The notes under the pieces: model-generated
The model's database searches: none
What the model was told of the DNA's origin: nothing
What the model saw: only the letters and a program-made list of their open reading frames with translations
Part shown: positions 41,764-54,091 of the stretch, one piece after another
Layout: every line of letters begins with the position of its first letter
Position numbering within the stretch: position 1 is the stretch's first letter
Program-made: the position numbers and the translations under genes
Source: Azolla caroliniana
Lineage: Eukaryota; Plantae; Polypodiophyta
Reading direction: 5' to 3'
Assembly: GCA_043228905.1 (NCBI GenBank)
Contig: JBHGNT010000002.1
Location: forward strand, 16,368,001 to 16,432,000
Length of the DNA: 64,000 nucleotides

Positions 41764-44700
41764 TGTTGGGATATGTCCCTCCAGTGGGAGGAAGATCCGA
41801 TCGTCCAGAAAGCCAACAATCGAGGAGCCGAATTGATGAGGGACTCAGCCTCGGCCGAAACCAGAATCGTGTAAATAGCCAACTCGTGAAGGTCATGGCT
41901 ATTATCGTGGCTACTATCCAACTGGAAGCTCCTAAACAGAAAGGTCTGACAATGCGTCAATGTAAGTGTCCTTCAACATGTGGCGAACAACACAAATGCC
42001 CACGAGATGTGGCAGAAGTTGTCGGGTCTGTACGAGAGGAAGAACGTGCTAAACAGAACCTCGCTAATGAGAAAAATCGTACGGCTGAAATACAGAGACG
42101 GTGAGAGTATCGTCGAACACATCAGCACTTTCATGGGGTATGTAAATCAACTTGATGCGACCAAGTTTCCCCTAGATGATGCAATGCAGACCATCCTGCT
42201 CATGTGCACACTACCGGAAAGCTAGGAGAACCTGGTGGTTACTCTTAGCACCTCCTCCCAAGAAGAGAACTTGTCTTTATAGACGGTGAAGACAAGCATC
42301 CTAAACGAGGAGGCAAGGAGGAAAGACAAAGGATTCCTGTCCCAAACGGAGTCGAATCTGACTCAACATATGGACAGAGGAAGGGACCGGCGAAGAAGAA
42401 GTCCGCAGCGAACAGACAAATCCCATGCCAGATCGAAGTCCAGAGGTAAGCCTGTGTGCTTCTATTGTGGAAAACCTGGACACTTCCAGAAGGACTGTCG
42501 ACACATGAAGAAAGACAAGAGTGTCAGAAATAATGTCGAACCCCGGAAGATTCCGGATGAAAAGAACACTTCGGCCATTGCTACGCGCAATGAGGAACTT
42601 CTGTTCATTTGTGAGCAGACAAGTGCAAATCTTGCGAGTGAAGAATGCATTTTGGTGATCGACTCCGGCGCCTCATTTCACATAACTCCGTTGAGACAGT
42701 ACTTCTCAACTTACATAGTCGGGGACCATGGCTATGTAAAGATGGGTGATAGTGGAGAGTGCAAGATAACTGGAGTCGGAAGTGTCTGCTTGACGACGTC
42801 GACAGGGTGTCGACTAATGTTGAAGGATGTTCGACATGTACCCAATATTAGATTAAATCTGATATCGACTAGAACGCTTGATGACGAAGGCTAGAGTGGT
42901 AGTTTTCAGAATGGCAAGTGGAAGTTCTGCCGAGGAAATCTCATAGTTCCCCAAGCACAGAAAGAAGGCACATTGTACATGATGCATGCCCGACTGTGCA
43001 AATCGGAAGTAAATGTGGCAGTTGACTCGGCAAGGGAGATATGGCATAAGAGGCTAGGCCACATGAGTGAGAAGGGAATGCACCTGTTAGCCGACCAGAA
43101 ACTTCTACCAGAAGTCAAGGGAGTACACCTAGAGAAGTGTGTCGACTGCTTAGCTGGAAAGCAGAACAGGATGGCATTCCACACGAGACCACCGAGGAGA
43201 AGAGAAGTTGCATTGGAACTAGTGCACACGGATGTGTGCTATGTGGATGCCCCATCGCATCGAGGTGGACAGTACTTTGTGACATTCATTGACGACCATA
43301 GTCGGAAGACATGGGCCTTCGTACTGAAGTCGAAGGATCAAGTACTGTCGGTTTTCAAGGAGTTCCACGCAAGAACCGAAAGAGAGTCGGGTCGGAAACT
43401 GAAGGTTGTTCGAATCGACAACGGTGGCGAATACAAAGGGCAGTTCGAAGAATACTGCAAGTGCCAAGGTATTCGAATTGAATACACAGTGCCAAAGACC
43501 CACAGTTGAACGGGCTTGCAGAGAGGATGAATCGAACGATCATGGAGAGAGTAAGGAGCATGCTCTCTCATGCGAAACTATCGAAATCCTATTGGGATGA
43601 GGCGATGTACACAGTTGTCTATCTGATCAACAGGTCTCCCTCGGTACCATTAAAGGGTAATGTCCCATAGAGGGTGTGCACAGGTAAGGATGTCCCTTAT
43701 CAACATCTGAAGGTGTTTGGATGTTTGGCATATATGGATGTACCAAAGGATCAGAGGTCAAAGCTCGACAACAAGTCGAAAGCATGCATATTCATGGGAT
43801 ACTCGGAAGATGAGTTCGGCTACAGGTTGTGGGACTTATTCAACAAGAAGGTAGTGAGAAGTCGAGATGTAGTCTTTCTAGAAGACAAGACAATTGAAGA
43901 CTAGAAGCAACAGAAGTCGGAGCCGACTCCCTAGTCAACCTCGACTACCATCAACTTAAGGCCAAGTGAGTCGTCACCGACAACTGTAAGGAGACAGTTG
44001 GCCGACAGAGCCTAATCCGAGTCGGTCGACTCAGAAAGACCGATAGACTATGAGTCGGAGTCTGCAGATCTGCTAAAATCAATTGAGGAATATGAGTTGG
44101 AGTTGTCCAACCTAGAAATGTTGATTGATGAGCAGAATCCCGAGCAAAGAGAAGAGTTGGCAGAGACGTTCGGAAAAGAGCCAACAGCGAGTGGACGAAG
44201 GTACCCACTTAGAGAAAGGAAGGCACCAATTACATATGCCAGTCAATACATCCTCTTGACTGATGAGAATGAACCAGAGTGCTATGAAGAAGTCATTGCC
44301 AACGAGAGCAGAGGAAAATGGCTGAACGCGATGCAAGAGTAGATGGAATCCTTGCATGCGAATTACACCTACGACCTAGTAGAGCTGCCAAAAGGTAAGA
44401 GAGCACTCAGGAATAAATGGGTCTACAAGGTGAAGACTGGAGAAGTCGACAGCAAGCCCAGGTATAAAGCCCGCGTAGTTGTGAAGGGTTTCCAATAGAG
44501 GAAGGGCGTCGACTTTGATGAAATATTCGCACCAATCGTGAAGATGACATCGATTCGAACTGTTCTGAGCATAGCGGCCAGCATGGATCTGGAGATCGAA
44601 CAGTTGGATGTCAAAACCGCATTTTTGCACGGGGAGCTGGAAGAAGAAATCTACATGCAGCAACCCGAAGGCTTTGAGGAAAAAGGGAAAGAGAACCTGA

Positions 44701-47086
44701 TGTGTCGATTGAGGAAAAGCTTGTACGGATTAAAACAAGTTCCACGCCAATGGTACAAGAAATTCGAGTCCTTCATGATGGAACATCGGTTCCAAAAAAC
44801 ACAGGCCGATCACTGTGTGTTCGTAAAAAGGTACGAGGAAGGAGATTTCTTGATTCTCTTGCTATATGTTGATGATATGTTGATTGTCGACCAAGATGCA
44901 AGGAAGATTGGAAGCTTGAAGAAAGCTCTCGAAAAATCATTTGCCATGAAAGACCTTGGACCGTCAAAGCAAATCCTAGGAATGCACATAACCCGAGACA
45001 GAGCTCAAAGGTGCTATGGTTGTCACAACAGAAGTATGTGACGAAGATCCTAGAGAGGTTCAACGTGTCGAATGCAAAGCCGGTCGACTCAATGTTGCCG
45101 ACAAATTGCAGACTAAATGTGAAGCAGTGTCCGAAAGGGCAGAAGGAAAAGGCTAAGATGAAGAAGGTACCATATGCCTCGGTTGTCGGCAGTCTAATGT
45201 ATGCTATGGTCTGTACGAGACCGGACATAGCATTTGTTGTGGGAGCAGTAAGCCGATATATGAGTAATCCATGGAGAGAACATTAGGCAGCAGTGAAGTG
45301 GATACTCAGGGACTTAAAGGGCACCTCAGGTGTGTGCCTAAGGTATGCTGTCAGAAAACCTGTGCTGGAAGGTTTTACCGATTCGGACATGTCTGGAGAT
45401 AGAGACTCAAGGCGATCCACGTCAGGGTACGTGATGACCTATGCAGGGGGAGCAGTAGCGTGGCAGTCACGACTGCAGAAGTCTATAGCCTTGTCGACTA
45501 CAGAGGCAGAGTATATGGCAGCGATAGAAGCCGGAAAAGAGCTGATCTGGATGAGAAATTTCTCACTGAACTAGACATGAAGCAAAAGGAGTTATTACTT
45601 CATTGTGACAGCCAAAGCGCCATACATTTAGCCAAGAATGCGGCATACCACTCCCGGACCAAGCACATACAGAGAAGGTATCACTGGTTACGGGAGAGAA
45701 TCGAAGAAGGAGAATTTGCTCTTGAGAAGATCCATACTGACGACAATGGATCTGACATGCTAACGAAGAACCTACCTATGGACAGACTCAGAGTCTGTCG
45801 AGAGAATACAGGACTGACAGATTTCCTCCCACAGGAGTGAAGGGGGAGTTTGTTGGGATATGTCCCTCCAGTGGGAGGAAGATCCAACTGTCCGAAAAGC
45901 TAACAATCGAGGAGCCGACCGGAATTGTGTAAATAGCCAACTTGGGAGACTTTACTTGTAGATAGTCTAAGTGTGCGTTCCATGAGGGCTACGTATGTAA
46001 ATAACCAGAAAGTTACGTTGTCGTAGTGTATTCCGCACACTACGTGAAAACCATAAAATAATATATCCGATTTTAGATACATATAAATAAATAAATAATA
46101 TATCAAAACATTTATCACGTGCATAAGGCAAGATTCGAACCTTGCACCTCCACATAGATAAACCCCAACTTTACCATCGTAATAACTTATCTTTAGTGTT
46201 ATATATATAGATTTAATACGTATAAGACCTTTATTTACACATACCTTTATTAAAAGGTAAAAATCATGTATTCTTTAGGGTGTGAATATTTTATTTACAC
46301 GTGACATTAAAAGTGACTCATGCACATCTAGCGTGCATGAGCCCTATACTTAGGAAATGACAAAGCATCACATGCACATTTAGTGTGCATGGACACTTTT
46401 GGTAAAAAAAAGCATGAAGTCATGCTTAGCCTCTTCCATCTTTATATGAGGAGAGAAATATGTATAAGGTTGTTGATCAATATACAAGGATTGATCAATC
46501 TAATATATTCGTGGGATTCACGAATTTTGCCATCTAAATTACTCTTATAATCTAAATATTGTTTTAAATACACTAAACTCGTGGGATTCACGAGATTGCT
46601 ATCTTACTTCTCTTTCTACTATTCATAACTAGCCTTAAGTTGTATTCCTCTTCCTCCTAGTCCAAAACCTCGGCGGTTCCCACCCGACTCACGCAACGAT
46701 CCGGAGCCGAAAGGCACGACAGCGTAAGTACATATGCAACTAGGGCAAACTTTTAGTGTGGGTAAGAACTGATGATGTAGAAACAAAACGATAGGGAGTG
46801 AGATAGAGAGACGTGAGAGTCGCGCCATAGCTGTGTGTGTAACAACAGACGTGAAGAGCCCTGTGCGGCTGATACACTCGATAGAGTGTTGTAATCATCT
46901 TTGTGTTGTATATCCACTATACTATAGTGAAGAATCTGTTCATCCGTGGTTTTTTTTTCTGTTTTAGGGTTTCCACGTAAATCTCTGTGTGCATCTGTTT
47001 ATCTTGTCTTTCTGGTTTTGCTTGTGATTCGTATTTTCAGCGCGTAGTTTGTTTATTGTGATCTATTCCATAATGATTTCTCAACA
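41764..47086 (+). mobile_element. Degenerate Ty1/copia element A2 nested in B2; 5' LTR/PBS partly deleted, 3' LTR 45851-47086
   Basis: TSD GGCAT/GGCAC; gag-pol with many stops (CFYCGKPGH, LVIDSGAS, LLYVDDM, ALSTTEAEY); PPT GAAGGGGGAG. Confidence 0.9.
46019..46721 (-). mobile_element. ~700-bp TGTCGT...ACGACA element, copy 2, inside the A2 3' LTR
   Basis: Reverse-complement homolog of 27514-28217; TSD ACGT/GCGT. Confidence 0.9.
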
Positions 47087-50000
47087 GGCACCGCTATGTT
47101 TGCGAAAGGGCAGAAGGTCGAGTCGGACATCGACCTGTGGCATAAGCGGTTCGGCCATATTAACTTCCCACAACTTCGTGAAATGTAGACGAAGAACATT
47201 GTGTTTGGCTTGCCGAAATTTCGAGGCCGGAATGGCCAAGTCTGCGAAGCTTGTCATATGGGAAAACAACACCAACTTCCATTCCCCAACGAGCGTAATC
47301 GTAGTCGAAATCCACTGTATTTGATCCATTCGGATGTGTGGGGTCCGGCACAAAACGTGAGTCTCGATGGAAGCCGTTACTTTGTAACCTTCATCAACAA
47401 CTTCACTCGGCACACGTGGGTATGCACGATCGTGAAGAAGAGTGAAGTCTTCACATGTTTCCTGAAGGTGAAGAGCCTTGCGGAAACGGAAACAAGGCGT
47501 AAGATCAAATGCCTACGGTCCAATGGCAGCAAGGAGTACTTCTCCGACCAGTTCACAAGTTATCTACAGAAGGAGGGAATTCGACGCGAATTCTCATGTA
47601 GATACACGCCACAGCAGAACGGCGTGGCCGAGCGGAAGAATCGGACAATCAAAGAAGCGACCAGGGCAATCCTTGAAGAGAAGCATATGCCGAAATTCTA
47701 TTGGGTTGAAGCCGTGAGGACGGTTGTCTACCTGCAAAATTGGACTTCTGCTAATGGAGGAGTGTCACCATATGAATTGTATTTCGGGAAGAAGCCGAAC
47801 TTGGCCCACTTGAGGATTTTCGATAGCATTGCATATGTGCATGTGCCGAAGGAAAAGAGGAGGAAGTTGGACACCAAAGCCAAAAAGTGCATCTTAGTCG
47901 GCTATTCAAACGAGTAGAAGGGGTATAAGTGTTATCACCCCCGAACAAAGGAAGTACACCTAAGTCGAGATGTCGTGTTCGACGAGTCTGCTTCGTGGTA
48001 CTTGCCTTCCCCTCCAATACCTCATGACTCCATTCTGAATTCTGAAGAAGAAGTCAGCGAGGCTGAGATGCCTCCACATGATGAGGACATTGGAGCTCTG
48101 AGAGAGAGTCCGATCTCATTTTGGCTGAGTGGGCCGAATGAGGGGTTGGACCGAAATGGCCAACCAAATGAAGAGACGGCGAGTAGTGAAGACTCATCCG
48201 TGATGTCCCCGTGTAAAGAACCGAGGAGATGGTTTACGCGTAAGGAGAAAGGGAAGAAAAAGATGTCGGAGTACGATTTTGACAATGATGAGTCAGATCG
48301 GAGCGAGTCTGACTACGGGCAAACTGAAACAGAACCTCCACGGAAGAGGTCGACATTAGCCGAAAAGGTTCTGAAATCGGGTAACCACGAATTACGCCGA
48401 TCTATCCACCTGAAGAACCTCGTAAAGAGATACGGGTATAATGAGTACATGGCACACCATTACGCTTACATGCCACGAGTGGCGGAAGTGTGTGAGCCGG
48501 AGAGCTACACAGAAGTAGCGAAAGACGCAAACTGGCATACCGCGATGGAGGAAGAGATGTGCCCTTTCACTGATAATGAGACTTGGGACCTGGTTGACGC
48601 ACCGAAGGGTGTAAAGCCAATCGGATGTAGGTGGGTGTATAAAGTGAAATACAACACTGACGGCTCAGTCATCGATACAAGGCCCATTTAGTTGCGAAAG
48701 GCTACGCGCAGAAGCACGGCGTGGACTACAACGAGATCTTCGCGCCTGTCGCGAAGATGACTACCGTGCGGGTTCTACTAGCCGTAACTATGGCAAAGGG
48801 GTGGCACTTACATCATATGGATGTAAAGAACGTGTTCCTACAAGGTGATCTTGAGGAACGTGTGCACATGGTACAACCCCCCAAATTTCTATCCGAACAA
48901 AACACCTCGGCAATTTGCCGACTGAAGAAGTCACTCTACGGACTTAAGCAAGCCCCACGAGCCTGGAACACAAAGATTACACAATAGTTGCGTAGGATGG
49001 GGTTTACGACGTCGAAATCGAACTCTTCACTATTTGTTCGGCAAGGTCAATATGGATTGGTAAGTCTTCTACTTTATGTTGATGATTTAGTCATCGCCGG
49101 TGCCAACCTGGACGAAATCCGTTGCATAAAGTCTCAGCTTGTGGCATCATTCGAAATGAAGGATCTTGGAGACCTTCATTACTTCCTCAGGATCGAAGTG
49201 ATCTGCACCCCCGAAGGCATATTGATCAGCCAGTGTCATTACGTGTTGAATATGCTCTTCAAGTTCGGGATGGCAGGCTGTAAGCCCATCTTGACCCCTC
49301 TTGATCGAAACGCAAAGCTTCGCAGAGGGAGTCCACGAGCGGGTCATTTCAGGTGAAGTCTAACCGGTGTATGTTCCGACGGATCGGCAGGTTCCCGACA
49401 TCTTCACCAAACCCCTTGGTCTCGCCAAGTTGCGGCATTTCTCGGGTGAGCTTGGGTTGTGTCACCTCGTCACGCCGAACTTGAGGGGGAGAAAGGAAGA
49501 ACAGGAACAAGAGCGTGGAAGGAGTGGAATTGACCGCGACGTGGAGTCGGATGAAGAATTTGATTTCGGGCCGGCTGAAGAAGGAAGCAAGGGTCGTAAT
49601 CTAAGGGAAGAGCCGAAGACAGCCGAACAAGGAGTAACTAAGGCCAAGATCAAAACGTGATCCGACATTGTCAAAGGCCTAAAGACAGAAGAAGAATTGG
49701 AGACAGCCAATTCAGATGAGAGCGGAATTAAATCGGAAGAGTTTGGTTCAATCGGAATGTTTGATTCGGACATCATGAATCGATTGAGGGCCAAGCGGAG
49801 AAAAGGACAACGGAAGAGGCGCCAACACCGCGACTGCGATGGAGCTGAGAAGGGCCAAACAAGCAGACAAGCCGACCAAAAGGGTCGAGGCACGCAGAAT
49901 TGAACAGGTCGAGGAGCGCGAGTAAGGCGTGAAGCTAGAAGAGGCCGGAGTGAAGATCCGGAAGAGTAGGTGGAACCTCAAGTTGAGCTTGAGGAGGAGT

Positions 50001-50391
50001 GTTGAGAGACAAGCTCAACATTCGGTGTGTAATCGGGTGCGTAAAACAGTTACGCACAACATGGTCATAACGGTGCGGACACCGAGAGGCCGTAAGTATG
50101 GTATTCCTCGTAAGGAATAATTTTTGGGAGTTAGTGTAGTAGGCTCATTTATGAGCAGTCAAGTACTGTTAGTACTTGTGTCAGCCTAATTTAAGGGCGT
50201 GTATAAGAAGTGCTCACTAGGCACGAAATATGTACAGATCGTTATTATTTTCGAAATAGAACTAAGTTGTATGCTCTCTCTCTTTGTCTCTCCCTCTCCA
50301 TCTTTGCGTTTTCTGTGTTTTACCGAACTGTCGTTTTCTGAACTATATACTCTGTGTTTTGCATACACATCCGCACACATATTCTTTTACA

Positions 50392-50645
50392 ACAAGTTTG
50401 AGTATCACACTTTGATACAATGCTCTGCCTTTGATCATATTCGACCATGCTTTCCACATCTCTTCGACCGGGCCCAATCCTTGCATGAATTCCTCTCACA
50501 ACCACAATGTGCACTCTTGATTGCAACATTCATTGGTAAAGTTCTTGAACATCGAGAGTCACTACTCACTTTCACACGTATCACCTGAAATGTAATATTT
50601 TTGGTCTCATAGGTCATATTTGACCTCCGAAGACGATAATATAAT
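50392..50645 (+). mobile_element. 3' end of the RTE-like host LINE
   Basis: EYHTLIQC..; ends GACCTCCGAAGACGATAATATAAT plus (CTAT)n, like 7845-7870. Confidence 0.85.
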
Positions 50646-50667
50646 CTATCTATCTATCTATCTCTCA

Positions 50668-53600
50668 AAAACGTGGAGGGTAGGTCGTGACCACTAGGAA
50701 AAGAGCTTTGGTCATTCAGTTTAAGGACCCAGAATCTAGAATCACATTTTTTTAAAAGAGACCAATTCTTCGAGGATTAGGCGGGGACCCTATCTACCTC
50801 AATGAAGATCTGACCAAGATGCAAATTGAGCATCGTAAAACTTGTATGCCGCGAGTCATACAAGCTCGTGAAGAGGGGCATCCTGCTTTTTACCGAGACG
50901 GACGTGTGATAATAAATTATCGCGTCGCCAATTGATAGTGTGTGGCCCATGTGACAAACAATAAACTTAGGATGACTTTATGGAACTATAACGGTGCACT
51001 TTGGACACAGCCTAGCCGTCTAGAGGAGATTTTGAAGGTATTTGACATACTTTTTTTAGTAGAAACACATCAAAGCCCAAATCGAGGACTGCCACGAGTT
51101 GACGGTTTTCGTTGGGAATTTGTCTTTAGACAAACCTCACGTCGACATACTACTAGAGGGTCTGGAGGGGTTGCGATACTATTTCGGAGAGAGATACATA
51201 ATAGGATAGAAATTCTAAAGAAAGACCCAGAAGCCCGTTTTATGTGGGTGAAAGTTCTCACTAACAAGGATCAGGCGATATTTATCGTCGTGTGTTACTT
51301 CCCCCCAAAAGGATCCCGGTATAATATGGCTGGAGAGGCGAGTATAGTTGATGAAGGAACGCCGCATTTGCCTTCTCCATACGAACCTTTATCGGATGAC
51401 ATAATCTGATATTCTTCTCAAGGGGAAGTCTTCCTTGTAGGAGATTTCAATGCGAGAACCGAATCCCAACAATGCACAATATTTCAGATGGATAGAAACC
51501 TCGAAATGGTGAGTGTCGACCCTTTAGACTTAGACATAACGCATAAATCAAAGGATCAAGGTGCGGATGCCACAAGCTTTGGCCATCATCTACTTGAACT
51601 TGGAAGCCGACACCAGATGATCATATATAATGGCTTAGCCAAGTGGCCGGGCTTGGAAGCGCTCACATGTTTCCCACATTGAGGAGGGGAAAGCATAGTT
51701 GATTACCTAATAGGATGCCTTGAAGCTACCCACATGGTTAACTCCTTCCGGGTGGCCCCATGCCCCATTGGTGCAAAACATAGCTTCCTATACTTTGAGC
51801 TAAAATGTGACCCCTCCCACGCCACCAACTCTAGTCAACCAAACCATCACACCATAATACATTTCACACATGAGCTCGTTGACATCTACTCTCGACATGT
51901 TCAAGCCCATCTCTCCTCTTTTGATTCTTCCTTGCCTTTAGAGAACCTCACTACAGAACTCGCACACACCCTTCACGCAGCAGCAATTAGTAGTTTCCCA
52001 TACACGAAACACTCCAATCATAATAGAATAGGGTCTATGCCATAGAACAAGTGGTATGACGAGGATTGTAGAGAGTTGTATAGACAACTTAAAGTGTCGC
52101 AACTTAGTGGTACTATTTCCTCAATACAGGCTCGAAAAGAGATGTGCAAGATGATACGTCGTAAAAAACGAGCTTGGGAAGCATCCCAATATTGGGAACT
52201 CTACCATATGCTCATGAGTAGGGATTGTGCCCTTGCATGGAAGAGACTGCGAGAACCGCGACCACAAACACCCATCAAGGATCCCAATACTTGGCACACA
52301 TATATCGAGAGACTCTACCATGTCCCGAACCAACCACCCATCCCAATGCCTTCCACACCCTGACCTAACATGGGGACACTTTTCACGACCTCTAGGGTCA
52401 TGAAGGTCATAAAAATATTACAACATAGGAAATCCATGGACCACACAGGATTGAGAGCCGAGCACATCATATATGCTCGAGAGTGCCTAGCCCCCTTTCT
52501 CACTCTAATCTTCAATCCCGCCCTCGCCGAGGGTTTCCCACCACAATGGACCATGAACACAGTGGCCCATATACATAAAGGAGGGGACTCAATAGACCCA
52601 AATACATATAGGACCATTATGATAGGCCATACGCTCGCTAAACTATATGGTGCGGTAATGGAAGTGGAGCTTAGCGATTATATGGAAACATTAAGTCTTC
52701 GAGCACCTGAGTAGGTTGGCTTTAGACGAGCCTTCTCCACCAGGCATACTTTCAAGAGCCACATTCTAAGGGATGGCTCTTCGACTCATTAGTGACCCCT
52801 TCCCTCATGTATGCATCAGTAGTATGGGCTCTAGGTCTACCATCTTTCATGTGGATGCAATTAGAGAGACCTTTGGTGATGATGTTATCACGTCAACTCC
52901 GAAGCAAATCGACAGTACCAAATGACATTATTAGAGCATAGTTCAATCTGCCCCCGATGTTAGTAGAAGCATTATTTCAAGTGGTAGTTTTTATTCATCG
53001 GATACATAGCCAACCACAAGATAGGATATCCCGTCGAGCCTTTGAGGCATCTCGATCCCTACATGCGTCTGGAGACACTAGCTCTTGGTATAGCATTGTG
53101 GTGAGTTGGTTACTTGCTGTTGAGAATCAAGCTCAACTTGGTCTAGTGTGTGAACTCACCTTGAGAGTAAAGAGACACCTCAACGGTCAAGAGTCACCAT
53201 TATGTCACCACTTTGTATTCTAGCATTTAGTATGAGTCATAGAATCATATTCTATGACACATAACTTATGAGCTTTCACATTCCCCATGCTCCATGAGCC
53301 TTGTAGTTAATGAAGAGAGAGGGTGACTACATAAAGCACCCTCCTCCCACCTTGTATAATGTTGAGTCTTTCTCCTTTGTTAATATACCTTTAACCTTGC
53401 GTATGCTCTGTGTCTATCTCTCTCTCTATCTATCTCACACACACACACAGTTCACACCTATTCCGCTTCACAAGAATCCATCTCTTGATTCTTTACACTT
53501 GCAAATGGCATAGACATTAATAACCTACCCCGCCTTAAGTACAACCATGGGACTGACCAAACCCTAATATCTCATGAAGACCGTAATAAAGTGATACGCC

Positions 53601-54090
53601 AAGAAATATGGCAAATTTACACTCGATATAAATGGATCACCCCACGAGAGCCACTCCCATCTAAAATGTTGTACTATAAGGAACACTTCTTGCACTTTTC
53701 TCGGTTAGGTTTTATTACACGACCAAGATATCTAGATACATTCTTATCAAATGCACTAAGGGTTGCCATTGGACAACTTAGGATATCATCTCACCAACTT
53801 GAGATTGAGAATGGTCGGGCTAATAGAATCCCTAGGGAGGAAAGGCTATGTAGGTTGTGCCACATAGAGATAGAGGATGAGTATCACTTCACATGCAAGT
53901 GCCCAACTTATGCCGAGATACAAGTGGAGACATATTAGGACCCTCTCCAAACTATTAGATACCCCGGATGTAAAGAGACTAGGTAGGTATATCTTAGAGC
54001 AAAAACAACATAGGGAGAATAAATTACAAAGTGTTAACCATCACCCTTTTACTATTCATCAACTTGTAACTAGTGTAATTTTTCAGGAGC
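50668..54090 (+). mobile_element. Second RTE-X/L2-like LINE family: ORF1 end, EN, partial RT, C-terminal Zn knuckle; probable 3' UTR at 59177-59430 ending in (CT)n
   Basis: IYLNEDLT (ORF1); WNYNG, LFLVETH, RGSGGVAIL, GDFNAR (EN); IHKGGDSIDPNTYRTI (RT); LRISSHQLEIENGR..RLCRLC..EDEYHFTCKC. Confidence 0.82.
53118..53497 (+). mobile_element. Solo LTR related to the copia B lineage
   Basis: TGTTGAG..CAAGCTCAAC start, ..TTTACA end, perfect TSD CTTGC (53113-53117/53498-53502). Confidence 0.9.
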
Positions 54091-54091
54091 A

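Larger units (their letters stand above)
40059..50391 (+). mobile_element. Degenerate Ty1/copia element B2 (LTRs 40059-40439 and 50000-50391), containing nested copia A2
   Basis: Matching LTRs, PBS 40440-40451, gag/PR/IN/RT remnants homologous to B1, degenerate TSD GCGAG/ACAAG; most of RNase H is deleted near 49330. Confidence 0.9.
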
